From Bdellovibrionales bacterium (GTDB lineage Bacteria; Bdellovibrionota; Bdellovibrionia; Bdellovibrionales; JAGQZY01), in NCBI GenBank assembly GCA_964229765.1, contig CAXREJ010000022.1, positions 19,128 through 83,127 of the forward strand: a stretch of DNA of 64,000 nucleotides, written 5' to 3'. Numbering within the stretch: position 1 is the stretch's first letter; each line of letters opens with the position of its first letter. Below are positions 9,577 to 19,706 of this stretch, piece by piece. The translations under genes were made by a program, and so were the position numbers. The notes below the pieces were generated by a model, which was given only the letters and a program-made list of their open reading frames with translations, did not search any database and was not told the DNA's origin.

Positions 9577-10563
9577 TTGGAAAAGCCAGAGAAAATAACC
9601 ACTGCTATCACTGAAATGTTCAACCTCGATTATCCAATCTTAAGTGCACCTATGTTTTTGGTGAGTAACCAATCAATGGTGGAGGCTTCGGCTCACGCTG
9701 GAGGTCTTGGTTGTTTTCCGGCACTTAACTATAGACCTATCGAAAAGTTTAAAGAGGTGGTTGTTGATTTGAAAAAGAACCTTGGTGATAAACCTTTTGG
9801 CATCAACATCATTGCTCAAAAGTCCAATCGTTTTCAGGAAGAACAGTTAGAGATTGCTCTAGAAAATGAAGTGCCATTAATTATCTCCTCTCTGGGAAGT
9901 CCTAGAAAGATGATTGAAAGGTCGAGGGGAACAAAGACCAAAATATTTTGTGATGTTATTGGTTTAGAGCATGCAAAGAAAGTCGAAGACCTTGGCGCTG
10001 ATGGCTTGATCCTTGTTGGAAGTGGGGCTGGTGGCCATGCTGGAGAAACTTCTCTGTTTGCTTTGATACCCTATCTGAAAAAAAATATACAGCTTCCCAT
10101 GATTGCGGCCGGTTGTATGAATGATGGAGGTTCACTTGCTGCTGCTTTAAGCCTTGGCGCTGATGGGATTTACATGGGTACTCGAGTGATCGCTAGTAAA
10201 GAAGCTCAAGTTAAATCAGAGTATAAGGATGCTATCGTGAACTCTGGTTGTGAAGATATTATTAATACCGACCGTGTCGATGGTTTTCCTGGAAACTTTA
10301 TTAAAACAAAAGAAGTGGCCGATTTATTAAAACCTAACTTTGTAGACAATGTTTTGAGTCAAAATAAAAGAATAAAAAGAGCCTTGTCACTTTATAGAGC
10401 TGGTAAGTCTCTTCTGGGTTCGCCAGAACAAAAACTATCCTACAAAAATACTTTTAGTGCTGGTCATGGTGTCGGGAATATTCATGAAATTAAAAGTATT
10501 CAGGAAATTTTCTGGGAAACAGCCCAAGAATATCGGCAGATAGTGAAAAATCTACCTTCATAG
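9577..10563 (+). CDS. nitronate monooxygenase / FabK-like flavin oxidoreductase
   Basis: PILSAPMFLVS, PFGINII, GAGGHAG, IAAG, ALSLGADGIYMGTR, SAGHGVG. Confidence 0.85.
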   Translation: MEKPEKITTAITEMFNLDYPILSAPMFLVSNQSMVEASAHAGGLGCFPALNYRPIEKFKEVVVDLKKNLGDKPFGINIIAQKSNRFQEEQLEIALENEVPLIISSLGSPRKMIERSRGTKTKIFCDVIGLEHAKKVEDLGADGLILVGSGAGGHAGETSLFALIPYLKKNIQLPMIAAGCMNDGGSLAAALSLGADGIYMGTRVIASKEAQVKSEYKDAIVNSGCEDIINTDRVDGFPGNFIKTKEVADLLKPNFVDNVLSQNKRIKRALSLYRAGKSLLGSPEQKLSYKNTFSAGHGVGNIHEIKSIQEIFWETAQEYRQIVKNLPS

Positions 10564-10676
10564 CTGTTTTTAAAGAACAAAATTTCATAAAAGCCTCTGT
10601 TGAGAGGCTCTGACGCGTCTCACCTCATCCGTCATTTTTAATGAAGCATAGCTTACTTTTTGACATATTATGTCCA

Positions 10677-10806
10677 TGATACCGTTTTAGTTAAGATCCC
10701 AGTTTCGTTGACAAAGTCAGTACGATACAGTTCGTACAGCGTCTTTCTCACGCCTCAATGTGAACTTAAATAAAGTGGTATAAAGAGCATTAACTTAATG
10801 GCATTA
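10677..10806 (+). mobile_element. MITE-like repeat family A (IS4-like terminal inverted repeats)
   Basis: Ends gataccgttttagttaag / taacttaatggcatta resemble the IS4 IR TAATGCCGATCAGTTAAG; core cccagtttcgttgac...cgtacagc shared with other copies. Confidence 0.65.
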
Positions 10807-10825
10807 CTAACCGGAGATACCCACC

Positions 10826-12124
10826 ATGTTTAAAAAAGTTCCATTACACGTGCAAATTCTGGTCGCTCTCATACTGGGTTTGATTTATGGAGTTTTTGCG
10901 ATTCAAGTGGGTTTGGTGGAATTTACAAATCATTGGATCAACCCCTGGGGTACGATTTTTGTTAGACTCTTAAAGTTGATTGCCGTTCCTCTTGTTCTCG
11001 CTTCTTTGATCGCGGGTGTTGCCTCTTTATCGGATTTACAAAAATTATCTCGGATTGGTGGTAAAACCATTGCTCTTTATATGGTCACAACCGTATTTGC
11101 TTTAACAATCGGTGTGGTTGTGGCGAATGTTATAAATCCTGGTCTTTCTGTTCCCGCTGAAATGAGAGATCAACTACAAGCTCTCTATCAAAATGATGTC
11201 GACGAAACCTCCCAGCGGGTTCAAGGAGAAAAGGAAAAAGGTCCTTTGCAACCATTGGTTGATATGGTTCCTGAAAATATTTTTGCAGCCAGTACAGATA
11301 ACAGAGCAATGCTACAAATTGTTTTTTTCGCCATATTATTTGGAATTGGACTCATCCAAGTAGAAAGTAAAAAAGCAAAACCCATGCTCGATTTTTTTGA
11401 GAGTGCCAATGATGTAATTATTAATATGGTGGACTTGATTATGTTAATGGCCCCTCTGGGCGTTTTTGCATTATTAGCTCAAACGGTCACGGTCTTTGCT
11501 GGGCAAGGTTTTGCTCAAATCATGGAACTGATAGGTGCCTTAGGGTTGTACTGTTTTGCCGTGATACTTGGTTTACTAATTCACTCTCTTATTTTTCTAC
11601 CTCTAGTTTTAAAAACTTTCACCAAGATGCCTCTTCATACTTTCTTTCGAGGAATTGCTCCCGTTCAACTGTTAGCTTTTTCCACAAGTTCTAGTGGAGC
11701 CACTCTTCCATTAACTATGGAAAAGTGTGAAGAAGAACTTGGGGTTTCTGAGGAAGTGGCTTCTTTTGTTTTACCTTTGGGTGCGACCATCAATATGGAT
11801 GGCACAGGCCTTTATCAAGCTGTGGCTGCTATTTTTATTTCTCAAGCTTTGGGTATTGATCTCAACTTCGGACAACAGGTCACTATTATCCTGACAGCTG
11901 TACTGGCTTCCATTGGCACAGCCTCAGTGCCAGGAGCTGGGATTATTATGTTAGTTGTTATTTTAGAATCCATTGGAGTACCGAGTTCTGGTATAGCCCT
12001 TATATTAGGTGTGGATCGAATACTCGATATGATGAGAACAGTGACTAATGTAACGGGAGACGCTGTTGTTGCTACGGTGGTGGCTAGTTCTGAGGGGCAG
12101 TTGAATCCACCTAAGAATCACTAG
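10826..12124 (+). CDS. gltP: dicarboxylate/amino acid:cation symporter (GltP/DAACS family)
   Basis: AFSTSSSGATLP, LPLGATINMDGT, GVDRILDMMRTVTNVTGD. Confidence 0.9.
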   Translation: MFKKVPLHVQILVALILGLIYGVFAIQVGLVEFTNHWINPWGTIFVRLLKLIAVPLVLASLIAGVASLSDLQKLSRIGGKTIALYMVTTVFALTIGVVVANVINPGLSVPAEMRDQLQALYQNDVDETSQRVQGEKEKGPLQPLVDMVPENIFAASTDNRAMLQIVFFAILFGIGLIQVESKKAKPMLDFFESANDVIINMVDLIMLMAPLGVFALLAQTVTVFAGQGFAQIMELIGALGLYCFAVILGLLIHSLIFLPLVLKTFTKMPLHTFFRGIAPVQLLAFSTSSSGATLPLTMEKCEEELGVSEEVASFVLPLGATINMDGTGLYQAVAAIFISQALGIDLNFGQQVTIILTAVLASIGTASVPGAGIIMLVVILESIGVPSSGIALILGVDRILDMMRTVTNVTGDAVVATVVASSEGQLNPPKNH

Positions 12125-12359
12125 AGTTTTATAAAAAATGATTCTTCCTGCTTTAAAAGAGACTTTAAGTTTAGCTCGGTAAAGGCGGGGATTGATATCA
12201 ATTGTTTGACGGCATTGGTATGAGTCAATTCTCACGAGATGACAAAATGAAACAAGGAATTTTTATCTATCTCTTCTTTTAGAGACTCATTTTTGTATCT
12301 TTTTTTTGCACATCTAGGTATGAATCAATCATAGTAAACAAAAAATAGGTGGAATCTTT

Positions 12360-13328
12360 ATGGGTAAATTCCTAAAGCTTAATATATTAATCATTTTATT
12401 ATTTTCATTAACAACCTTTGCACAGGAAGAGGAAAAGAAGTCCTCCCTGTTTTCCCATGAAATGAAGAGACCTAATAAAGAAAGAGGGTCTGCTGTTTGG
12501 TTCCCACTTCTTTCCTATGTAGTTCCTGGTATTGGACAGTTTATGAATGGTCAAACGGGTGCGGGTTTTGTTTATTCTTCCATTGGTTTTGTTGGTCTTG
12601 GTTCAGCGACCTCAGCAGTGATTGAGTGGAACAATATGAATGCAATCAATCAGGATGACAGTTTATCTGATTTGGATAGTCGTGACCCGATTGCTCGTCG
12701 TTTTGCCTGGGGTATGAAAACATATGATTTAGCAGGGAGTCTAAGTCTTTATCACACCTTTAGAACCACTGTTTTATCGAGACAGAAAAAAGGTGATTTT
12801 GCCTTTTTGCCACAAGAAGGAGACACCACCGATCAAATGATGTTAGCTCCGTTTGAGTTTTCTCATCTTGGGCGCTGGTCAACAATTATACCACTTGTTG
12901 CCGGTTTAGGATTGGGAATTCTTTCGGGAGCTCATGACGACTATGATACAAGACGATTAAACTCTGGTGACCTTCTTTTTTCATCAGCCATTTCCTACAA
13001 TGCGGGAGTGGGTGAAGAGGCTTTATTCCGAGGGTGGATGTTTCCTTTGTTTGTAGAGGCTTATGGCGTAGAAAACTCTTTTTGGGCGAACTTAACTCAA
13101 GCGGCTATTTTTGGAGCGGCCCATATTTCGGCTGATAATCCAGTACCTCTATTTCAAACGGCGGCAGGATATTATTTCGGATGGTTGGCTAAGAAAAATG
13201 GATGGAGCTTAAGAGAAGCCATTTTTGTGCACACATGGTGGGATGTTATTGTGTTCACAGCTCAATTCACTCAGGGTGATAAAAAGAAAGCCTCAATTTA
13301 TGTTCCGATTTACCAATCACAGTTTTAA
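12360..13328 (+). CDS. CPBP (CAAX/Abi) intramembrane metalloprotease with signal peptide
   Basis: GEEALFRG, IFGAAH, HTWWD motifs. Confidence 0.85.
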   Translation: MGKFLKLNILIILLFSLTTFAQEEEKKSSLFSHEMKRPNKERGSAVWFPLLSYVVPGIGQFMNGQTGAGFVYSSIGFVGLGSATSAVIEWNNMNAINQDDSLSDLDSRDPIARRFAWGMKTYDLAGSLSLYHTFRTTVLSRQKKGDFAFLPQEGDTTDQMMLAPFEFSHLGRWSTIIPLVAGLGLGILSGAHDDYDTRRLNSGDLLFSSAISYNAGVGEEALFRGWMFPLFVEAYGVENSFWANLTQAAIFGAAHISADNPVPLFQTAAGYYFGWLAKKNGWSLREAIFVHTWWDVIVFTAQFTQGDKKKASIYVPIYQSQF

Positions 13329-13344
13329 AGACATTCTATTTTCT

Positions 13345-14643
13345 TTAGTTCAGATTTTTAGCCATTCGCTTTTCTAATTTTAACTTGAGCCCTTCGAAAA
13401 GACTTTGATGTTCTTTTTTATTTAAATAGTCGGACAACTCGTTAAAACAATGTTTGAGGTGACGACTGGCTAGTGGATCTTGCGAAGAATAAAAAATGAG
13501 AGGGCGAAGAAGTTCATTCACAAATTTTTCAAAATTGAAATCGGGGCGAGTGATTCTTAATTTCCCCTTTTTTCCATAAAACTCATTACAAGGGTGTGCC
13601 ACTCGACTCAATGTTATAAGGCTGGCTTTTAATTGATCTATACATTCACAGGCTGTGTAAGGATCATTAATCCCTGGAGAGAGCGCTCTAATAGCCACTT
13701 CCACTAATAAATGAGCTCCAAATGTAAAATCTTGTTCTACAGACTTGTCTTCATCTATAGCAAAATGTGTAAGTAGATTTTTACTTTTCTCCAAGGTTAT
13801 TTTCTTATGAGAATGGACGTTCAGTAGGACTTGATTTTTAAAGACAAAGTCCCCTGGATTAACAGAAATCTCAATGTAGTAGTCTTCTTTTTGTGATTCT
13901 TCTAAAAGCTTTTGATAGTTAATGATTTGTATATATCCCGTTTTTTGGCATTCAAGTTCTGTGGTTTTTAGAAAATGATCATCATTTTGTTTTTGGATTT
14001 GATTGTTTGTTGTTTTAGGTCGAGTCGATTTTTTAAAATAGTTATTGGTCACACGACGAAGTTCATCACCAATGTGACTCACAACATGGGTCATGCGGAT
14101 GGACTTGGGGATCTGATGAATAAAGTAAACAAGAACAAAAACACTCATCAAAGAGTATAAAAGGGCTGCGTAAAGTGTGAGTTGTGGGGGATTGGAGAGT
14201 GTATGGTCTAAAATGGAAATGGGTTTCTCGTCAATCACGGATAGGGTGAGTATGCCATGACAAAATGTCATTAAGAAAACTCCAAGAGTGATTTGGTTGG
14301 TACGATTTTCCATAAATCCGGAGAGGAGCCTGGGGCCGATTTGCGAGTTAGCGTGGGCAACCGTTAGAAGAGTGATTGAAAATGTGACTCCGGCAACAGT
14401 GATTACGGATCCAGCGATTACGGAAAGGAGGTTGGTAATCGTGTTGGTATCTGAAAATTGAAAAGGTAAATAGGGTGTAAAAACTGTTTTAAAATGTAGA
14501 TCAAGTGCCATTGTTATACAAAAAAAGACACCTGTGTAAGCGGCGAAAAGGAGAGGTATGAACAAATAATTATTGCGAGCTTGGGCGATAACACGCGTAC
14601 TCCAATTAAGACCTTTATTTACTAGAAACATTAAATCCTCCAT
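13345..14643 (-). CDS. DUF2254 membrane protein
   Basis: GVTFSITLL...SQIGPRLL, GYIQ, EVAIRALSPGINDPYTA..CID. Confidence 0.85.
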   Translation of the reverse strand: MEDLMFLVNKGLNWSTRVIAQARNNYLFIPLLFAAYTGVFFCITMALDLHFKTVFTPYLPFQFSDTNTITNLLSVIAGSVITVAGVTFSITLLTVAHANSQIGPRLLSGFMENRTNQITLGVFLMTFCHGILTLSVIDEKPISILDHTLSNPPQLTLYAALLYSLMSVFVLVYFIHQIPKSIRMTHVVSHIGDELRRVTNNYFKKSTRPKTTNNQIQKQNDDHFLKTTELECQKTGYIQIINYQKLLEESQKEDYYIEISVNPGDFVFKNQVLLNVHSHKKITLEKSKNLLTHFAIDEDKSVEQDFTFGAHLLVEVAIRALSPGINDPYTACECIDQLKASLITLSRVAHPCNEFYGKKGKLRITRPDFNFEKFVNELLRPLIFYSSQDPLASRHLKHCFNELSDYLNKKEHQSLFEGLKLKLEKRMAKNLN

Positions 14644-14770
14644 TGATTCTTTTGATCTTAAGTGAGATTCGAGTCAAATAGCAACACACCCTTTTCATAA
14701 AATGATCACAAGCTCGGAGGTGTTGTGGGTTTTCAAAAAATAGAATTGAAAACTTTAAAGAGGAGTTCAT

Positions 14771-14887
14771 ATGTCTAAGTACCAAAAACTTTCGCGAGTG
14801 AATGTTAAATCAAAAGCCAAAGGGGTTAGATTGCATTTGCATGCAGTAAAGATTGTGAAAGAAAAAGATGATATCAGAAGATCTTAG
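14771..14887 (+). CDS. putative small basic protein (38 aa), absent from ORF track
   Basis: GAGGAG five nt before ATG; MSKYQKLSRVNVKSKAKGVRLHLHAVKIVKEKDDIRRS; stop overlaps the msrA stop. Confidence 0.4.
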   Translation: MSKYQKLSRVNVKSKAKGVRLHLHAVKIVKEKDDIRRS

Positions 14888-15384
14888 GGCTGGTATCTTT
14901 GAAAGTGACAGGTGTAACCACCTGGATTTTTTTTCAAATACTCTTGATGGTAAGACTCGGCACTATAAAAGGCTTTAAAAGGTATCAGCTCGGTTACGAT
15001 GGTTTGAGGCCAACGTTTTTGTAATTGAACTTCCTGGATAACTTTTTCAGCGGCTAGCTTTTCATTCTCTGTGCGAAAGAAAATGGCGGATCGATATTGA
15101 CTGCCACGGTCATTCCCTTGTCTGTTCAGTGTTGTGGGGTCGTGAATGCTAAAGAAAAAGTGAAAAATATTTTCGTAGTTTGTTAAGTTGGGATCAAATG
15201 TGATTTCAATACACTCAGCGTGACCTGTCTGACCTGTTTTAACAGTTTCGTATCTGGGGTTTTCGGTGTGACCACCAGAGTAACCCACTTCTGTTTTTAA
15301 GACTCCTGGCTGTTTGCGAAAGAGTTCTTCAACTCCCCAAAAGCAACCTCCAGCCAGTGTTATTTTAATATTTTCAGTACTCAT
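14884..15384 (-). CDS. msrA: peptide-methionine (S)-S-oxide reductase
   Basis: AGGCFWGVE, TGHAE, HDPT..NRQGND.GSQYRS, AESYHQ.YL. Confidence 0.95.
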   Translation of the reverse strand: MSTENIKITLAGGCFWGVEELFRKQPGVLKTEVGYSGGHTENPRYETVKTGQTGHAECIEITFDPNLTNYENIFHFFFSIHDPTTLNRQGNDRGSQYRSAIFFRTENEKLAAEKVIQEVQLQKRWPQTIVTELIPFKAFYSAESYHQEYLKKNPGGYTCHFQRYQP

Positions 15385-15675
15385 ATTGAGACTTTTAAAG
15401 GCCTATAAAAAGTGAGTCAAAGAGATACTGAAATCTGTCTCATAATAACTGATTTTTGAGTGGAAAAAGGCAAAAATAACCTAGTCAAAAACCTATTAAA
15501 ATAAATTATGAAGAATAAAAGTAAGTGATTTCAGTAACATAAAGGTCTGGGCTAAAATCTAGGAAAAAAAATCCTCATGTTCTCAAGATGAGCCGCCGAT
15601 AGGTTCATTGTAAGTCAATTGACATAAGACTTAATTGTCATAACGAAACACATTAGGGTTTGGGAGGTATTCAAT

Positions 15676-16068
15676 ATGACACAATCGAAGTTTATCGTAG
15701 TAAGTGAAGATCCAGTACTTGTTCAAAAGGCAAAAGACTTTGCGGCAAGTTGTGGAATGGAGTGTGAGGTGCGCAATCCGAATGCTAACAGTGGTTTTTA
15801 TCCGAGCTTAGCATCTGGTTCTAACCCACTTAACCATAGTGGTGGATTACCAAGCAATAGTAATGTGGTTCCATTTCCATCTCAGTCTTCTAAAGTTTCT
15901 AAGATGAATGATCTTGAAGCACAGGCTATAGAGCAAGCCATTCACGCTTATCGTGGTAATTTAACGGAAGCCGCTAAAGCTTTAGGTATTGGTAGAGCGA
16001 CACTTTATCGTAAAGTAAAACTATACAACATTGATCCTTCTTCAGCTCGTCGTAAAAAAGCAGCTTAA
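15676..16068 (+). CDS. stand-alone Fis-type helix-turn-helix protein
   Basis: C-terminal LE.QAI.QAI...GNLTEAAKALGIGRATLYRKVK (HTH_8); no AAA+ domain; GGGAGG RBS. Confidence 0.85.
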   Translation: MTQSKFIVVSEDPVLVQKAKDFAASCGMECEVRNPNANSGFYPSLASGSNPLNHSGGLPSNSNVVPFPSQSSKVSKMNDLEAQAIEQAIHAYRGNLTEAAKALGIGRATLYRKVKLYNIDPSSARRKKAA

Positions 16069-16096
16069 TAGACTCGATAAAAGGGTTTGTTGGTTT

Positions 16097-16126
16097 AAAA
16101 AGCTCATCTCTCTTGATGAGCTTTTT
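16097..16126. terminator. bidirectional intrinsic terminator between convergent genes
   Basis: aaaaagctcatc-tctctt-gatgagcttttt. Confidence 0.75.
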
Positions 16127-16621
16127 TTATGTCTTACTCGCTTGAGCAAATTTAGGACGAATGAGCCACTTCAAATAAGAGCGTCCATCTTTGTATAAGT
16201 CCACTTTTGCAATTCCCGCTTTTTTAAAAGGGAAGTGATCACTGGATTGATGAAAAAGAAGCCAACTTAAAAACATTCCCATGTCAGGCTCATGTCCAAT
16301 GAGAGCCATAGAATCTACTTGATATGACTGAATTTCCTCATAGAGTTTTTGGCAAGAATGATCGGGGGTCAAATTTTCCGAAGTTAAATAAGCGGCCTGA
16401 GGATAATACCTTTTGAAAACCTCTCCTGTTTGAAGACACCTAGTAAAAGGGCTTTGTAGGACAACATTAATTTGGGGTTCGGATTTGTGGAAGAAGTCGA
16501 GGACTTCACTCATTCTTTGAATCCCTTTTGTGGTTAAAGGGCGGAGATGATCCGGTTGCCCTGTCTGGGCAAAGATATGGCGGTATTCAGCGGGTGCGTG
16601 ACGGACGAGATAAAGCTTCAT
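16127..16621 (-). CDS. sixA: SixA-like phosphohistidine phosphatase
   Basis: LYLVRHA, RPLT..G, SP..RC.QT, LIGHEPD, FKKAG. Confidence 0.8.
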   Translation of the reverse strand: MKLYLVRHAPAEYRHIFAQTGQPDHLRPLTTKGIQRMSEVLDFFHKSEPQINVVLQSPFTRCLQTGEVFKRYYPQAAYLTSENLTPDHSCQKLYEEIQSYQVDSMALIGHEPDMGMFLSWLLFHQSSDHFPFKKAGIAKVDLYKDGRSYLKWLIRPKFAQASKT

Positions 16622-16721
16622 AACGTGTATCAATTTGAATCGTATCTTATTGAAACGTCAAACCTTTTTTGTCACTTGTGCACATAATTGAAGTTCAAAT
16701 CAAAGAGAGAGGGATTAAACA

Positions 16722-16737
16722 TGGCAACTGTCTTGCA
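16722..16737 (+). promoter_or_regulatory. putative sigma54 (-24/-12) promoter
   Basis: TGGCAACTGTCTTGCA, with GG and GC at canonical spacing, 30 bp upstream of the ATG at 16768. Confidence 0.6.
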
Positions 16738-16767
16738 CTTTAAAGGATCGAGCAATAGGGGGGACAA

Positions 16768-17400
16768 ATGTCTAAGGATAATTTGATTTTATTTCCAAAT
16801 AAAAGTAAATCTAATATTAGCATGACTCAGTCAGAAGCCAAATGGATGTTATCAGGAAGTTTATTAGTGGTTCTCACTTTGGCCATAGGTGTGAATAGTG
16901 CTCTCTTTGCGCAAAAATCAAGTGATGTACAAAGAGATATTGCTGGGCAGCCCCAAATTTCAAACTCCCGCTCTATTGCAAGTATCAACCCTATATTTAG
17001 TGTCTCTTGGGAAAAGAGAGCTTTTGAGGTACTTGAAAATTCAAAAGAAAGAGATTTAGCGAATGTCGGTACAAAACCGAGTGTATTTGATAACTTTGCT
17101 TTTGGAGCTCTTGAAGGAGACTATCTCATTCGCAAAGTGGACGGTCAGATTGCAGAAGTTCAATTTAATAAAGACGAAAAAAGAAAACCAAAAACATTAT
17201 TAGAAAGAGAAAAGTTTTTGTCGGCTCATTTGGCGCTGTTTTCCAATCAAGCAAAAAAAGTGAAAGCACTTCATATCGAAAATAATAACGATCGAGTGAT
17301 TGAAAAGTTTCAAATGGTTAATGCCAGCGGACAAGCCGTTGGAACAGTCCAGGTCTTGTTGGATAAAGATCAAAACCTTTTATCCATGACTGTTCAATAA
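16768..17400 (+). CDS. hypothetical membrane-anchored/exported protein
   Basis: One N-terminal hydrophobic helix; GGGGGG RBS; first gene of a three-gene run. Confidence 0.7.
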   Translation: MSKDNLILFPNKSKSNISMTQSEAKWMLSGSLLVVLTLAIGVNSALFAQKSSDVQRDIAGQPQISNSRSIASINPIFSVSWEKRAFEVLENSKERDLANVGTKPSVFDNFAFGALEGDYLIRKVDGQIAEVQFNKDEKRKPKTLLEREKFLSAHLALFSNQAKKVKALHIENNNDRVIEKFQMVNASGQAVGTVQVLLDKDQNLLSMTVQ

Positions 17401-17436
17401 ATTTGATAAAATCCCTTAAAATACCGATAGGTCTTT

Positions 17437-18777
17437 ATGAAAAAGGATCTATCGTTTTCAAATCAGAATAAGACTTTCAATTCCAGTGTGATTGGAGTGG
17501 CCTCTCCTAAAGATCGTATTGCGGCCTTTATTTTAGATAGCCTTATTCTGATACCTATTATTCAATTAATTCAAGCTCCTATAAAAAAGCATATATTAGA
17601 AACTCTTCTTTATAATTCACAAGGGGATGTGTCTAGCTATAGGGTTTTAAATTTCTTTGTGGCTCTAATCATTTTGGTTATCTATCAAACAATCTTTACA
17701 TATTGGAAAGGACAAACAATAGGTAAAATGTACTTTCATATCCAAGTGATTTCCTATCATGGTACTTTAACACTTCTACAAAGTCTCATGAGAAGTATTG
17801 TTTTTGTATTTGAATTCATTACTCTCGGTTGGTTGTGGGCTCCTCTTTTGTCACATCCTTTGAGAAGAGTTTTGCATGATCGTGCTTCAGACACATTGGT
17901 AATTGCATTAAAAAATCCGGTTGAGATACCTAGTCGTAAAGAAATTTTAAGTCACAAATTAATCAATGGCATGTTTGTTGTTTTTTTATTGATATCATTT
18001 GCGGGTTTCTTTTTCAGCTCAGAGGAAGATCTGGATTTAGTTGAGATGAATTACAGCAAGAGGCTTCAGTGTAAAGATATCAAAGAGAAATATAAAAACA
18101 AAATTGAAAGCCTGGTTGTCGCTTTTTTAGGTAATCAAATATCAAGTGATTGTCTTCATAGTGCCGCTAGAAAAACAATATGGTCTGAGAATGATCAAGA
18201 ATTATCTTATTTTGCCATGGCCTTATCTTTACACTCTTCCCCTGAAAAGTCAGATCTCTATTTAGAACAATTATGCCAGCTTAATAGTGTGAGTTCTTTG
18301 TGTTTAGTCAGTCAATGGCTGAGAGAAAAGCATAATGGGAAAAATACGGATATCATTGAAATTCATAAGAAACTAGCATTGAAAAATAATCCTATTGTTG
18401 TGGATTTAATTATTTCCCTTTATTTACAAAAAGCGGGGCATTTTTCAGAATCTCTAAAGGTGGCAGAGGGGATTAGTAAAAGAGAAGTGAGTGAGCGCTT
18501 AGTTTCAGCTCTTTCTTTTCAGTCTTTACTGTCTTTGGGAAATATAGATGAAGCTTATTGGGTCTATAAAACTCATTCCGATATGGGTGTTCATAATTTA
18601 AGAAATTTCTATTCTCAATTTAATACAACAGATAAAGAAATGATTAAGAATCATCTTCATTTTCTAGAAAAACTGTATCCACAAATTGTGAAAACACAAG
18701 GTCGCTCCTTAGCATCAAAAGATGAATCCGTTGGACTGGTTGAAAAAATTTATATCAAGCTCAAGGATCAACTGTGA
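17437..18777 (+). CDS. RDD-family membrane protein with C-terminal helical extension
   Basis: DRIAAFILD, GQTIGK..F.I.V, R..HD..SDT.V. Confidence 0.85.
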   Translation: MKKDLSFSNQNKTFNSSVIGVASPKDRIAAFILDSLILIPIIQLIQAPIKKHILETLLYNSQGDVSSYRVLNFFVALIILVIYQTIFTYWKGQTIGKMYFHIQVISYHGTLTLLQSLMRSIVFVFEFITLGWLWAPLLSHPLRRVLHDRASDTLVIALKNPVEIPSRKEILSHKLINGMFVVFLLISFAGFFFSSEEDLDLVEMNYSKRLQCKDIKEKYKNKIESLVVAFLGNQISSDCLHSAARKTIWSENDQELSYFAMALSLHSSPEKSDLYLEQLCQLNSVSSLCLVSQWLREKHNGKNTDIIEIHKKLALKNNPIVVDLIISLYLQKAGHFSESLKVAEGISKREVSERLVSALSFQSLLSLGNIDEAYWVYKTHSDMGVHNLRNFYSQFNTTDKEMIKNHLHFLEKLYPQIVKTQGRSLASKDESVGLVEKIYIKLKDQL

Positions 18778-19679
18778 TCTTTCCATTTCTTGATGGTTTT
18801 TTAAGGTTTTCCAAAGCTCCTATTACGTGGCTTATAATTTTTTTAAATGCATTTATGTTTTCACAAAATTACAGCATTTCCAGCCAGTGCCAGGAGCAAT
18901 TTCAAACATGGTATCAGGATGATGAGTTTCTTTTTACTCAAGGTCAGGTTTATCGGCAATTTAAGCACGAAAGAAGTATTGCTCAAATTGAAGATTCGTC
19001 CATGATGGGAAGAATTGCCTTTCGTGATGATAAATTTCTATTGAAGGCTCTCACCAAAGAATGGGACGGAGACCAAATTGCCATAAGAGATTGGAAAAAT
19101 AAATTGCAAGATTTTTTAGTAGTGAAAGCTTATTACCCTCCTTATTTATTAGGTGTGAGTGAAAGCAATAGAGACCTTTTTTCTACTATCAGTTATCAGT
19201 TCTATCATGAAGGTTTCTGGCATTTTTTGGGAAATGTTCTTTTAATCTTACTTGTTGGTGGGTATCTAGAAAGACGCTATTCGGGACTGGTTGTCTTTGG
19301 CACTTATTTAATGGGAGGTGCTTTATCCGCTTATTTGTTTGCTCAAGCAATAGGACTTAATGGAGCACCTGTGGTTGGCGCCAGTGGATCATTATGTGCT
19401 CTTTTTGGACTCCTTTTGGCTTTTGAATACAGCAAGAAAACCAGATTGTTTTATATGCTCTTGCCGACGAAGAAATATATGGGTTTTGTTTTTGTACCTA
19501 CAGTGTATTGGATTTTTTTATTTTGTATGTTGGAAGATGTTACGGGACTTCTCGCTCAACCGGCCGCTCTTTCAAGTAGTATTGCTCATTGGGTTCATAT
19601 TTTAGGTTTTTTAGTGGGTTTTTTGTTAGGTCTCGCTTTAAAAAAAATAGGAGTTGTTCAAAATTCAATTGCGGTATGA
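18774..19679 (+). CDS. rhomboid-family intramembrane serine protease
   Basis: F.H..FWH..GN, LERR, VGASG catalytic Ser, AHWVHILG catalytic His. Confidence 0.9.
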   Translation: MIFPFLDGFLRFSKAPITWLIIFLNAFMFSQNYSISSQCQEQFQTWYQDDEFLFTQGQVYRQFKHERSIAQIEDSSMMGRIAFRDDKFLLKALTKEWDGDQIAIRDWKNKLQDFLVVKAYYPPYLLGVSESNRDLFSTISYQFYHEGFWHFLGNVLLILLVGGYLERRYSGLVVFGTYLMGGALSAYLFAQAIGLNGAPVVGASGSLCALFGLLLAFEYSKKTRLFYMLLPTKKYMGFVFVPTVYWIFLFCMLEDVTGLLAQPAALSSSIAHWVHILGFLVGFLLGLALKKIGVVQNSIAV

Positions 19680-19706
19680 GAACTCAAAGATCATTCATCA
19701 TCACGT

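Noticed and set aside
15575-15602. Sigma28 promoter before the Fis-like gene (GCCGATAG)
   Set aside because: The -10 box is good but the -35 match at the correct spacing is poor, so it was not listed as a feature
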